Shown here in pieces: positions 19,067 through 28,908 of a DNA stretch of 64,000 nucleotides. Position numbers and translations under genes: made by a program. Numbering within the stretch: position 1 is the first letter of the stretch; every line of letters begins with the position of its first letter. The DNA comes from an uncultured virus (IMG/VR IMGVR_UViG_3300027733_000048) (lineage: Duplodnaviria > Heunggongvirae > Uroviricota > Caudoviricetes): the IMG/VR virus record IMGVR_UViG_3300027733_000048. The stretch is one strand, 5' to 3'. The notes under the pieces are model-generated. The model was not told where the DNA came from. It worked only from the letters and a program-made list of their open reading frames with translations, and made no database searches.

Positions 19067-20539
19067 ATGCAACATTTTTATGACGGTGCCATAAGACGGT
19101 ACGTTACACAAACAATTAGAGTTTTTAGTGAGTTTACTGTACGATACAGTGACGGATCGTTACATCGTATTCCAGTTGCGTATGGAGATTCGGATAGACA
19201 AGCTGCTACTGTAATAAGGCAGAATTCAGAAAATACACTAAACTCTATACCAAGAATCAGTGTATATATATACGGATTAGATTTAGAAAGAGAACGTCTT
19301 CAAGATTCAACATTTGTTAGTAAAAAGCATGTTAGAGAACGTGAAATAGTAGACGGGCAATATACGAGTAACGTTGGTAGAAATTATACAATAGAACGAT
19401 TAATGCCAACACCGTTTAAGTTAACTATGAAAGTTGACATTTGGACTGCAAATACTGATCAAAAATTACAAATTTTAGAACAAATTTTAATGTTGTTTAA
19501 TCCAAGTTTGGAATTACAAACAACTGATAACTATTTTGATTGGACAAGTATTTCAGTATTAAATTTAGATTCAATTGCATGGTCAAGCAAAGCAGTACCA
19601 GTTGGCAATGATACACCAATTGACATTGGAACATTAACCGTAAGTGCGCCTATATGGATTAGTCCGCCAGTTAAACTTAAACAACATGGGATTATTACAA
19701 AGATTATCACCGGACTACACGATGCAAATGCACCGTATATCTCAGGTTTTGGTAATGATGCGTTTATACCAGACTTAACTACGTCTACATTAATGACTCA
19801 GATTATTTCAGTAACTGAAGATTATACAATTGAAGTAGTTAACAGTCAAATTACGTTATTAAACTCAAAAAATTCTTCGTTAACTAATGATTTGTCACTA
19901 GACATGCCGGAACATTATAATGCAGAAGTTAAATGGGACGAGTTATTAGAAATGTTCCCAGATAAATTTATATCAGGAGTAACTAGGATATTTTTAATGC
20001 AGCCCGACGGCACAGAAGTTAATGGTACTGTTTCTAAACATCAATATGAAGAAACAATATTAGACGTTGTTTGGGATCAAGATACTAAAAATCCAAACAC
20101 TGGCATTAACAGTGTAGGATTGTTTGATTTTGATTTAAATTACGACGCAGGTCCAAACTATAGAGATGTTCCGGGATACATGCAATCTCCCGGAACCGTT
20201 GATGCAATTATTAATCCTCTTACATTTGATCCAAATGATCATCCTATATATTCAGGATGTCGATATTTGTTAATTGAAGACACTGGTAACGATTATAACG
20301 AAGATAATCCAGACGGTTGGAAAGGAGCCAACGGACAACCGCTAGTTGCGCATGCTAACGATATTATTGAATGGGATGGTAATCAGTGGATTGTAATTTT
20401 TGATTCAGTGAATGCGTTTGATTATATGATTTGGCAAACAAATATTTTTACTAGTATACAATATGTGTGGAATGGGATATCATGGCTTAAAAGTTTTGAA
20501 GGAATTTACAAGGTGGGTAAATGGCGACTAGAAATGTAA
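19067..20539 (+). CDS. gp15: Tail sheath stabiliser / tail terminator (gp15-like) with a C-terminal extension
   Basis: FYDGAIRRY...IPVAYG...PRIS...MPTPFKLTMKVDIW...QKLQILEQILMLFNP. Confidence 0.85.
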   Translation: MQHFYDGAIRRYVTQTIRVFSEFTVRYSDGSLHRIPVAYGDSDRQAATVIRQNSENTLNSIPRISVYIYGLDLERERLQDSTFVSKKHVREREIVDGQYTSNVGRNYTIERLMPTPFKLTMKVDIWTANTDQKLQILEQILMLFNPSLELQTTDNYFDWTSISVLNLDSIAWSSKAVPVGNDTPIDIGTLTVSAPIWISPPVKLKQHGIITKIITGLHDANAPYISGFGNDAFIPDLTTSTLMTQIISVTEDYTIEVVNSQITLLNSKNSSLTNDLSLDMPEHYNAEVKWDELLEMFPDKFISGVTRIFLMQPDGTEVNGTVSKHQYEETILDVVWDQDTKNPNTGINSVGLFDFDLNYDAGPNYRDVPGYMQSPGTVDAIINPLTFDPNDHPIYSGCRYLLIEDTGNDYNEDNPDGWKGANGQPLVAHANDIIEWDGNQWIVIFDSVNAFDYMIWQTNIFTSIQYVWNGISWLKSFEGIYKVGKWRLEM

Positions 20540-20970
20540 CCGAACAGGTAATATGTAGCGGCGCACTTATATATTCTCAAGCTACACATAGATTTCTTCT
20601 TATACAAAAATCTTCAGGTAAACATCAAGGCACTTGGGGATTAGTCGGTGGAACTAACTTAGCTAACGAAAACCCGTGGCAAGGTCTTACTAGAGAGATA
20701 GAGGAAGAGATTGGATTTCTTCCAGTCATTAAAAAAACACTACCATTAGAAAAATTCGTATCTAACGATAGTGTCTTTAATTTTCACACATATTTTTGTT
20801 TAGTAGAAAATGAGTTTGTACCAACCTTAAGTGATGAACACATTGCATGGGGTTGGTTTAGTTTAGTTGCACTTCCAAAACCTATTCATCGCGGGTTAAA
20901 TCTTAGCTTGCGTAATAAAATTATACAAACTAAGATTCAAACTGTTATTGATATTATCGATAGCTTATAA
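20521..20970 (+). CDS. Nudix hydrolase
   Basis: Nudix box GGTNLANENPWQGLTREIEEEIG. Confidence 0.9.
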   Translation: MATRNVTEQVICSGALIYSQATHRFLLIQKSSGKHQGTWGLVGGTNLANENPWQGLTREIEEEIGFLPVIKKTLPLEKFVSNDSVFNFHTYFCLVENEFVPTLSDEHIAWGWFSLVALPKPIHRGLNLSLRNKIIQTKIQTVIDIIDSL

Positions 20971-20981
20971 TTAATATACGA

Positions 20982-21737
20982 TTATTTTATATAAGTAATC
21001 TGTGTTGTTTTCTTTTGATATAACCATTTTCTGTAAAATCCCGGAGATTTAGTACGAAATATAAAATTAGCTAATCCGTTTTCTTCCGGAGTAATGTATC
21101 CAACTTCTGCAGTAATAGGTTCTCGTTTATAAGGAATAACTTGCAGCATAGGTGTACCGGCATATATCTTAACATGCATTTGTCTTAATGGCGTAAACAT
21201 AACATTAATTGTATGGTATGCATCATAATCATTAATACCTGGATATAAAAACAAATCTCTTAGAAACGGAGAATGAAATAATGCAGGCATAACCAATGCA
21301 GAATATCCAGGTTTTGTAAATACTTTCCACGGGCATGGTAATTTTAAAGCATGCAATTTAATGTCTTCGTCAATATTAACAGCACCTGTGACAATTCGAT
21401 GATCCATGACTTCATAAGGTTTACATTGATAATTTTTTCCAAAACCAATATTAATGTGTGCATGGGTTTCGTCAACAATTATTTCAAAATCTTCCCATGC
21501 TGGAATAATGTACCCTGATTTATAATAATCGTGCATTCCGGGGCACGATGAGAACTTATGTGTGTTTAACCGTTCGGCTTCTTTAATCTGTGTTGTTAAC
21601 CAGTCAGGTTTTACATCCATTGCACGCTTAACCGGTTGGCCAATTTCGTATCCTTGAATATCACTTTTAAATTTAATTATAGGTTGAGGGTCTACAACAT
21701 TTTTAAACCACAGTTTAATATCAGTTGCTATAGACAT
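20982..21737 (-). CDS. Conserved phage protein (DUF6065-like, possibly trimeric dUTPase-like beta fold), paralog 1
   Basis: CPGMHDYYKSGYIIP...PWKVFTKPGYS...PGINDYD...AGTPMLQVIPYKRE; clear paralog of the adjacent ORF. Confidence 0.6.
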   Translation of the reverse strand: MSIATDIKLWFKNVVDPQPIIKFKSDIQGYEIGQPVKRAMDVKPDWLTTQIKEAERLNTHKFSSCPGMHDYYKSGYIIPAWEDFEIIVDETHAHINIGFGKNYQCKPYEVMDHRIVTGAVNIDEDIKLHALKLPCPWKVFTKPGYSALVMPALFHSPFLRDLFLYPGINDYDAYHTINVMFTPLRQMHVKIYAGTPMLQVIPYKREPITAEVGYITPEENGLANFIFRTKSPGFYRKWLYQKKTTQITYIK

Positions 21738-22456
21738 TATTTCTTTACCCTAATGTTGTTAACATAGTAGCTTAACTGATTTGACTGTTTTAATCTAGTA
21801 ATTTCTCGTTTTTGCCATTCGGCTGCTGTGTAAGGTCGTACTTCGTAATTATTAATTGTTGTATCTCGTTTAAATGGAATACACTGAATTATCGGAGTTC
21901 CAGCAACTACGATATCGTCATAGTTAGTCGCTAACCATACTGTAGGAAAATTTACTTCTCTATCGTACTTATCGGTATCGACTATTGCACCTAAGGTAGT
22001 AAATCTTGTTTCTAAATGATTAATCGGAGACACAAACAAACACGAATAGCCAGGTGGCGTTTTAATAACAAAATGGTTAATAAATTTAACTAAATGGTTT
22101 TTAGGAAACGGAAAATTTGGACCTACTTGTTCTTGCGAATGTTCTTCTGTTTGCTTAATAAACTGATTTTCCGTAATATCGATCAACGAAGCATCGTCAT
22201 TTGTTCTAATATGCACATCACCTGCTAACGGAATAATATAGCCGTGTGTCATTGCATCTAGCATTGGCAAACATTTTTTAGCAGTCATTGCCATATTGCC
22301 GGTAATATCTCGACTAACTTTACTATGTGTAGGTATAGATTTATACCAACTTGGAATAAACTTGTTAGCCGGAGCAGGAGGTATTACTACATCTGCAAGT
22401 TCTTTGGTTGTTAAAAATTCAATTTGTGGAGATTTAAAAATGGAAATTAATGACAT
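21737..22456 (-). CDS. Conserved phage protein (DUF6065-like), paralog 2
   Basis: KKCLPMLDAMTHGYIIP...IKTPPGYSCLF...IVDTDKY...AGTPIIQCIPFKRD. Confidence 0.6.
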   Translation of the reverse strand: MSLISIFKSPQIEFLTTKELADVVIPPAPANKFIPSWYKSIPTHSKVSRDITGNMAMTAKKCLPMLDAMTHGYIIPLAGDVHIRTNDDASLIDITENQFIKQTEEHSQEQVGPNFPFPKNHLVKFINHFVIKTPPGYSCLFVSPINHLETRFTTLGAIVDTDKYDREVNFPTVWLATNYDDIVVAGTPIIQCIPFKRDTTINNYEVRPYTAAEWQKREITRLKQSNQLSYYVNNIRVKK

Positions 22457-22471
22457 GTGTCCTTCTAAGTG

Positions 22472-23071
22472 CTATTTAAATTTTGGCCCGAGCACCCAGC
22501 ATACTAAACTTTTACGCTTACCTGAAAGTACTTCAGTTACTTGGTGTGGTACAAATGCAGGAAACATTAAAACATCTCCTTTTTTAACTGTTGTACTATT
22601 TATTTGGTCTGGATTACCAGAAGGTATAATTTGAAATTCTCCACCTGTAAATTCAGTGTCTGGATCAGATAAAACAACCGACACTCCTAATTTTCTATGG
22701 CCAGGACCAAATGTATCTTTAACAGCGCCATCAATGTGCCATTTATAATAACCACCTTTTGTATATGTAGTATATTGAAATGCATCAATATGCGATAAAT
22801 CAAACTGAAACTTATCCGTATTAACTCTAGCAACTACTTCTGCCATTTTATTAAATAACCATTTAGATTGATCATCAGGGTGAATCCACGATACTGAACT
22901 TTTCCTAACAGCAATCTCTTCAGTCCCTGGTCCTAGATTTCCAACTTTAGCTTGCTGAAATTCTAAATTATCACCAATTTTGATAATTTCTGCAATATCC
23001 TCGTCGGTAAATGCGCCTGACCAACACACGATTGGTTCAAGCGCCGAATGTATATCCGGTATTGTAAACAT
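22472..23071 (-). CDS. 2OG-Fe(II) oxygenase (prolyl-4-hydroxylase/PKHD-like)
   Basis: YKWHID (HxD), RKLGVS, FTGGEF, FPAFVPHQVTEVLSGKRKSLVCW; start probably ATG 23071. Confidence 0.92.
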   Translation of the reverse strand: MFTIPDIHSALEPIVCWSGAFTDEDIAEIIKIGDNLEFQQAKVGNLGPGTEEIAVRKSSVSWIHPDDQSKWLFNKMAEVVARVNTDKFQFDLSHIDAFQYTTYTKGGYYKWHIDGAVKDTFGPGHRKLGVSVVLSDPDTEFTGGEFQIIPSGNPDQINSTTVKKGDVLMFPAFVPHQVTEVLSGKRKSLVCWVLGPKFK

Positions 23072-23172
23072 AATTTTTATTCTTAAATGTATATGTAACG
23101 TGCCCATCCTCGGGCACGATTATATTAATTAGTAATATTTATATATTAGATTTTTAAAGCTGGCTATTTGAT

Positions 23173-23571
23173 TTATATTCCTAGTAATACGTCTAATTCT
23201 TCATGGGTAGTTGTAGAGTTAATTGCTTCGATTTTTGCAGTCAACCCTACGGTAGCCTGTTCAATTTGAGTAATAGTTATTGGTTCATTTAAATATATCC
23301 AAGATTGTATAATACTAGATATTTGAGTGAAACATTTTTGTTTAGCAAGCGATACTTCGGTAACTTTTCGTTCTTCAATCGATGTGTCTAAAACAGTATA
23401 TGTAATCTCAACCGGAGTTGTTAATAAATTGTATTGAGGAATTGCAATTTGATTTGAAGCAAGAACAGGTTTAGGTGCTAATTCTATTGCATCTCTCCAT
23501 ACGGTTTCGTCCGGTTTCCATAAATTTATCGAACCGTCATTATTAATTTTTATTCTGTAAGCTGATGTCAT
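23173..23571 (-). CDS. Probable fibre assembly/chaperone-like protein
   Basis: Downstream of fibre-like genes; C-terminal KIEAINSTTTHEELD typical of DUF4376-like chaperones. Confidence 0.45.
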   Translation of the reverse strand: MTSAYRIKINNDGSINLWKPDETVWRDAIELAPKPVLASNQIAIPQYNLLTTPVEITYTVLDTSIEERKVTEVSLAKQKCFTQISSIIQSWIYLNEPITITQIEQATVGLTAKIEAINSTTTHEELDVLLGI

Positions 23572-23581
23572 GTGTTTTCCT

Positions 23582-24508
23582 TTATGGTGTAAATGTAATT
23601 GTAACATACCCGCCAGGGGGTACTGTTAGTTGTACTGGACTTGTACTATATGTCGGTGTCGATGATACTAATTGATATGATACTTCGGATGCAATTCCAC
23701 CGACACCTCCTGGCATAGTAATATTAAATATGTTAAGTGCTGTTCCTGTTGTATAATTTGTTGCATATATACCTGTAGTTCCCGGAACATAGTTTCCGGA
23801 TACCGGAGTTGGCGGATTTGTGCCCGAATTTCCCGCAACAAAATTTCCGGATACTGGAGTTGGCGGATTTGTGCCCGAATTTCCCGCAACAAAATTTCCG
23901 GATACTGGATTTCCCGGAGTATATACAGCTGGTAGATAACCGGTACCGGCTCCGGTACCGGGCGCTGTCCTCTGAAAAGGTGACGGCATCGGACCAGTAC
24001 CAGATTCAGTCCATCCAGATTGATAAAAAGAGTACGGCGGCGTCCAATAAAATCTGCCAGGATATAGAGTATTATACATAGTGTATACACTATATCCATT
24101 TACAGTTGCTGTCCATGAACCGGGTGCTCCGGAATAATCAGCATATCCGATTGGTGAATAATTAGTGACCATATAACCGACAATTCCGTTTACTGCTGGT
24201 TCATATACCGCAGCATTAGTATATGGAGAATTAGTATAAGAATTATCATATGAGTTACCTAAGATACTATATGGAGAATTAGTATAAGAATTATCATATG
24301 AGTTACCTGAGATACTATATGGAGAATTAGTATAAGAATTATCATACGGATTACCCGGAATAGTAGTTCCAGATCCGCCTCTTCCGACTACATACACGCG
24401 GGTTTTTCCATATCTTGGATTATATGTACCGGAAGAATTAAAAGTAACTGGTGAAGTGTCAGCAGGCGTTATTTCCTTTATTATCCTACTAAAAAATTTG
24501 CCAATCAT
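23582..24508 (-). CDS. Fibre/adhesin-like protein with two blocks of Asn/Tyr/Pro/Gly repeats flanking an aromatic core
   Basis: N-terminal TFNSSGTY...VVGRGGSG, (GNSYDNSYTNSPYSI)x3, (PVSGNFVAGNSGTNPPT)x2+, C-terminal VPPGGYVTITF. Confidence 0.65.
   Translation of the reverse strand: MIGKFFSRIIKEITPADTSPVTFNSSGTYNPRYGKTRVYVVGRGGSGTTIPGNPYDNSYTNSPYSISGNSYDNSYTNSPYSILGNSYDNSYTNSPYTNAAVYEPAVNGIVGYMVTNYSPIGYADYSGAPGSWTATVNGYSVYTMYNTLYPGRFYWTPPYSFYQSGWTESGTGPMPSPFQRTAPGTGAGTGYLPAVYTPGNPVSGNFVAGNSGTNPPTPVSGNFVAGNSGTNPPTPVSGNYVPGTTGIYATNYTTGTALNIFNITMPGGVGGIASEVSYQLVSSTPTYSTSPVQLTVPPGGYVTITFTP
23793..23908 (-). repeat. 51-bp tandem repeat (about 2.3 copies)
   Basis: ggagttggcggatttgtgcccgaatttcccgcaacaaaatttccggatac at 23805 and 23856. 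Confidence 0.9.
24220..24357 (-). repeat. 48-bp tandem repeat (about 3 copies)
   Basis: atatggagaattagtataagaattatcata at 24221, 24269 and 24317. Confidence 0.9.
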
Positions 24509-24510
24509 GG

Positions 24511-25413
24511 TTATCTAACTCCATACATTGCTAAACTTCCAGCAAATGTCGTACCGCCATCAGTTGTAAAAAATGTCCACACATCATATCCGCCAGTACC
24601 AATTGCAGTCAATGTGGCAGGAGGAATTGCACCATTTGGCCATTTAACATTACCTGCAACTCCTGCACGTTGCCACGTTAAACTAGAAATTGCTACGTTG
24701 TTTTTAACAATAACATTTATTGAGAATATGGTTGTACTAATCATTGTAGCAGGAGTGCCAGTAAAGTTAAAAGTTTTTGCTTGACTAGCAGTAGTATCAC
24801 ATGTAATAATTATTGTTGACGTAGTAGTTGTAGTTAAATCAATAGTAAGGGTAGTTGCAGTACTTGATAGTGTAGTAGTTGGTTCTGTTATGCTAATAAC
24901 ACCACTACCGTTAATTGTAATTGTAGTTCCGTCAACTTTTACACCACCAAGTTGCGATGCAGATGCAGTTGCTAACCCAATTGTACCTGATGAATTAGAA
25001 ATACCACTAGTTGCAACTGCAGGTATAATTACACCACCTAATGTTGTTGTAGTTGTAGCAGTTAATGAGTAAGGAGCTGCAACTGATATTGTTCCATCGC
25101 CTGCAATCGCAACATTTGATCCTTGTTTAACTCCGCCAAGTATTACTGATGTAGAAACCGGTAATGAGTAAGGAGCTGCAACTGATATTGTTCCATCGCC
25201 TGCAATCGCAACATTTGATCCTTGTTTAACTCCGCCGAGTATTACTGATGTAGAAACCGGTAATGAGTATGTGTTTGCACCACTAATAACACCACTACCG
25301 TTAATTGTTATTGATGTTCCGTCAACTTTTACACCGCCAAGTTGTGTATTAGATGCAATTGTTATTGGAGTGCTACTACCTGTGCGCAATATTGCTGATA
25401 GATTTTTTGACAT
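24511..25413 (-). CDS. Tail/head fibre-like protein with LGGVK repeats
   Basis: Repeated LPxxxxxxLGGVK...DGTIS units; C-terminal VKWPNG...DVWTFFTTDGGTT domain; TATAAATA at 25437-25444. Confidence 0.75.
   Translation of the reverse strand: MSKNLSAILRTGSSTPITIASNTQLGGVKVDGTSITINGSGVISGANTYSLPVSTSVILGGVKQGSNVAIAGDGTISVAAPYSLPVSTSVILGGVKQGSNVAIAGDGTISVAAPYSLTATTTTTLGGVIIPAVATSGISNSSGTIGLATASASQLGGVKVDGTTITINGSGVISITEPTTTLSSTATTLTIDLTTTTTSTIIITCDTTASQAKTFNFTGTPATMISTTIFSINVIVKNNVAISSLTWQRAGVAGNVKWPNGAIPPATLTAIGTGGYDVWTFFTTDGGTTFAGSLAMYGVR
25063..25269 (-). repeat. 99-bp tandem repeat (2 copies), same family as 30601-30892
   Basis: Encodes YSLPVSTSVILGGVKQGSNVAIAGDGTISVAAP. Confidence 0.9.
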
Positions 25414-25471
25414 TCTTATTTCCTTATGTTTTTAACTATTTATAATCAGTTAACTTGCGTTGATAATGGTA

Positions 25472-26107
25472 TTATGAACTAAATGCAAAAAATGCAAGTA
25501 CAAGTGCATGTTCAGCGGCTTGTTTTTTAAGCGTAGCATTTGCATTATCTACATAATTCTTTGTAGTTGCATCAGTTTCAGTTGCCGGTGTTTGCGTTAT
25601 AGTTACTTTTGTAAATGTACTAGCTAACGGAGTAGTGCCGCCAATAATTACATTGTCTAAAGATCCAACAGTTACTGGTTTAATTGATATAGATCCAGTT
25701 GCAATATTTAATAATGTAGTTACATTTAATGTAGTAAACGTGCCTGCAAGCGGAGTTACATTGCCTATCAATGTGTTATTTAATTCGGCTACATTTAATG
25801 TAGTTACATTTAATGTAGTAAACGTGCCTGCAAGCGGAGTTACATTGCCTATCAATGTGTTGTTTATAGAGCTTGTAATACCGTCCCCTGTTATTGCAAG
25901 CATACCGTTAACAGTTAACGCAACTAGTGTTCCAACTGATATTAAATTACTGTTTACTGTTGTACTAGGTAAGTTAGCGCCGCCTACTAAATTAACACCG
26001 TTAACTTTAAAATCACCAGTAATATTAATATTGCCGTAAGTGTCTGCAATAAATCCAGGACTTGCAAACCCCGATTCTGATCTTAGTGGTTTTTGACTAA
26101 TTGACAT
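25472..26107 (-). CDS. Fibre-like virion protein with an 84-bp internal duplication
   Basis: NNTLIGNVTPLAGTFTTLNVTTL x2 (DNA period 84, about 25713-25861); DATTKNYVD fibre motif. Confidence 0.7.
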   Translation of the reverse strand: MSISQKPLRSESGFASPGFIADTYGNINITGDFKVNGVNLVGGANLPSTTVNSNLISVGTLVALTVNGMLAITGDGITSSINNTLIGNVTPLAGTFTTLNVTTLNVAELNNTLIGNVTPLAGTFTTLNVTTLLNIATGSISIKPVTVGSLDNVIIGGTTPLASTFTKVTITQTPATETDATTKNYVDNANATLKKQAAEHALVLAFFAFSS

Positions 26108-26186
26108 TTTTTTTCCTTTAGTGTTAATGATATACTATTTACCATAAATTTTAACACAATTTATACTATGTCGACGTTGGCTCTAT

Positions 26187-26393
26187 CTACGGATTAACCC
26201 AAGATACTGTTAGTTCGTCCCATTGATAATAGTTTCCATCTTGTGGATAAGGTATAGGTGGTTGCCATGCATATGCACTTCCAGTCCAGTTTAAATAACC
26301 GGTTGACGGATTAGCTAATGCAGGAATATCACTGTTAGCAACTGTTGGCGTGTTACTGCCAGATCGTAATATGGATGATAGATTTTTTGACAT
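26187..26393 (-). CDS. Short chimeric ORF, possibly a fibre-gene remnant
   Basis: N-terminus MSKNLSSILRSGS is nearly identical to that of ORF 24511-25413; C-terminus WQPPIPYPQDGNYYQWDELTVSW; has its own RBS and CTAAATA. Confidence 0.55.
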   Translation of the reverse strand: MSKNLSSILRSGSNTPTVANSDIPALANPSTGYLNWTGSAYAWQPPIPYPQDGNYYQWDELTVSWVNP

Positions 26394-26427
26394 TTAGAAA
26401 TTCCTATATTGTATATTTAGCTAACAG

Positions 26428-26910
26428 TTAAGCTGGTTTAACAGGATATTCTATGTTGTATGGAAAATCAGTATGTCCTGTAATATCGCGTAATGATTGT
26501 CTATAAGTTGCCCATGCTTCTTTATCAACTGGTGCATCTGCAACTTGTGTCCAATCTGATTCTTTTAATAATTCGTTACGTGTTTGTCTAACACCGACTG
26601 CGTATCTTTCATCTGTCTGTTCTTTATATGCAAGTTCTTGTTCTTCTGCAGTTTGATGGTCGTTATCAGTAAAAACTGGTCCAATATCGTATTTTGTAAA
26701 CCATTTTCCGTTAATCTCTTGTATACCGTTTCTATAACTGTATTCATAGGGAGTTGTAGGAACAGCTTGTGGACCTTCCATAATTGCAACTGCATTAAAA
26801 CTGTCAAGAATTTCTTTAGATAAAACCTGAGGAAAACTGGTATTTGGATACATTGCTCTAAATTCAGATTCTGATACTGCTTGTTGTGTGTCTAATAATA
26901 AAATTTCCAT
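26428..26910 (-). CDS. Phage tail fibre assembly chaperone
   Basis: RNELLKESDWTQVADAP...WATYRQSLRDIT...YPVKP. Confidence 0.85.
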   Translation of the reverse strand: MEILLLDTQQAVSESEFRAMYPNTSFPQVLSKEILDSFNAVAIMEGPQAVPTTPYEYSYRNGIQEINGKWFTKYDIGPVFTDNDHQTAEEQELAYKEQTDERYAVGVRQTRNELLKESDWTQVADAPVDKEAWATYRQSLRDITGHTDFPYNIEYPVKPA

Positions 26911-26919
26911 GTTATTCCT

Positions 26920-28908
26920 TTATGCTATTGCTAAAAATATGTAAGTTGCACTCGTAACATTAATGTTAGTTGCTGCAAGTTGATTTACTATAAAACCAGA
27001 ACTATCTGGGTCAATTGAATCGTTTGTTGTGACTTCGGTTACTGCTGTATTAAGTGACAAATGGGGGTCGTTTGCACCAACAATACCTCTAGCTGAATCC
27101 CAAACATACCAATCAGCTGCTGCATCAGTGCGCTTAATTAAGATAAATCTTGCACCAGCTGCAAAGCCACAGCTTATAGTTTGTGAGCTACCATTACCTG
27201 TGTAGGAGCCTACTTTGCTGATTCCAGCTAGTGTAGCAAACAGATACGCCACCGAAGGGGAAGAAGTATTTCCAAATGTATATACAGGGTTAAAGGTTGT
27301 ATCTGTTAAATGCAACGAACTAGCCGTTTCGGTAAATGAAAAACTTAGAGCAAGAGTTAGGTTTAATTTTGTTCCACCATAACCGGTAGACGCCTTTGCT
27401 ACAACATTCCAATCAGACACAACAGTTCTTGACCTATATATAAGTAATTCAGGTATTACCCCTAAACTATGGTTAACCTCTTGGGTGCCGCCGTTACCAG
27501 TCCAACACACCACATCAAAGAATCCGGGAGCACGTTTAAAGAATTCTCCTACGTAATAAGATGAATTATAGGTATTATTTAAATTGCCAGAATTATTGCT
27601 TAACCCTGTCATAGTAAATGCTTTACCACTATCGCTACCTTCCAAAGCGGTGTCATTTGTGTATAGTTGCGTATTAACGCCTATCAGTCTGTTAAATAAC
27701 CAAGTGCTATTTGTAGCTTGTCTATTACGGCAAAATGCTAAACACGCATCGGGAGTAAGCCCAGCAGTTATTTGTTGCGTTGTACCTGTACCTGTCCAAG
27801 TTACAGGAGAGTAAACCTGCGTCCCCGATGTAGGTGGCTTGTTTGGCATACGGATTGCCATGTAGATGTAGGTGTTTGCTGCATTGTTAATTTCATTGGC
27901 AGCACTACTAACATTAAACCCCGTTGATGTAACTTGACAAGTGCTTGCGCCAGTTTCTGCGGAAGTTGAATTAGGGAACAAATGATATGTGTCAACTCCG
28001 GTAACGCCAGGTAATCCTCGCATAGTATCCATTACCAACCAACTTCCAGTTGCGTATGGCCCAGAAGCAGCTTTAATCAACACCCATTGCGGTTCATAAC
28101 CAAGATTTATTGAATTAGTTGCGCCATTTCCAACATAACTCCCACACGAAATTATATTATCCGTACCATTCGTACCAAATCCTCCTGCGTTGTGAGCAAA
28201 TAGGTAGGCGACGTAGGTACCGCCAGAACTGTTTAACTGACTACCTACAGTAAATTCTGTTGAAGTTGGAGCTGTGTTGTACCAAATATTAGCATTATCA
28301 CTAACAGCGTTTGTTTCATTTAAATTCATATAACATTGCTCTGGTGTAAATCCAGAAGCTGCCGCACTTCTGTGATATACAAACCAACTACCTCCACCTC
28401 CATCAGTACGCTTAACAATCACCATTCCTGGAGTTGAAGCAAGTGAATGTGAGATGTTTCGTGGGTTTGTCCCATTCCCAGTATAAGTCACCACATCAAA
28501 AAACTTTGCGGCTTTGCGGAATGTCCATGAGCAAATAGGGTTTCCGCTAGTGTTTACTCCTGTGACGTAAGGAGTACCTAAAGAAAAACCATTGGAGTTG
28601 AAAGAAGTTAAATCATACCCAGATGGGATACTATAATTAGGGTTTGTTGAATCAGAAGAAAGTTTAAATCCTCTACCATTAACAGTATTTGTTAAATAAT
28701 GACTAGAATAACCTCCCCCAGCTCTATCTTTTATCCAAACCAACCCACCTTTCCCAGCCAAGTCAATACCGTTTGTGATGGTCTGCGTTGAGCCGTTGCC
28801 GGTGTAGAGCCAAGTGGAGAATACATCATCGACGTAAAGCGTTGCGTCTGCGCTGTTACCTGCACTACTACTACTAGCAGCTGATTGGACTATATTACGA
28901 ACACTCAT
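26920..28908 (-). CDS. Tail-fibre/receptor-binding-like protein with repeated YTGNG domains
   Basis: Multiple FxxxxYTGNG...I..G..P..VWIK.R units. Confidence 0.75.
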   Translation of the reverse strand: MSVRNIVQSAASSSSAGNSADATLYVDDVFSTWLYTGNGSTQTITNGIDLAGKGGLVWIKDRAGGGYSSHYLTNTVNGRGFKLSSDSTNPNYSIPSGYDLTSFNSNGFSLGTPYVTGVNTSGNPICSWTFRKAAKFFDVVTYTGNGTNPRNISHSLASTPGMVIVKRTDGGGGSWFVYHRSAAASGFTPEQCYMNLNETNAVSDNANIWYNTAPTSTEFTVGSQLNSSGGTYVAYLFAHNAGGFGTNGTDNIISCGSYVGNGATNSINLGYEPQWVLIKAASGPYATGSWLVMDTMRGLPGVTGVDTYHLFPNSTSAETGASTCQVTSTGFNVSSAANEINNAANTYIYMAIRMPNKPPTSGTQVYSPVTWTGTGTTQQITAGLTPDACLAFCRNRQATNSTWLFNRLIGVNTQLYTNDTALEGSDSGKAFTMTGLSNNSGNLNNTYNSSYYVGEFFKRAPGFFDVVCWTGNGGTQEVNHSLGVIPELLIYRSRTVVSDWNVVAKASTGYGGTKLNLTLALSFSFTETASSLHLTDTTFNPVYTFGNTSSPSVAYLFATLAGISKVGSYTGNGSSQTISCGFAAGARFILIKRTDAAADWYVWDSARGIVGANDPHLSLNTAVTEVTTNDSIDPDSSGFIVNQLAATNINVTSATYIFLAIA

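Noticed and set aside
23793..24357. Tandem repeats as a CRISPR array or DGR template/variable pair
   Set aside because: The units abut without unique spacers, are multiples of 3 nt inside a CDS, show no adenine-specific mismatch pattern, and no cas or reverse transcriptase gene is in the window
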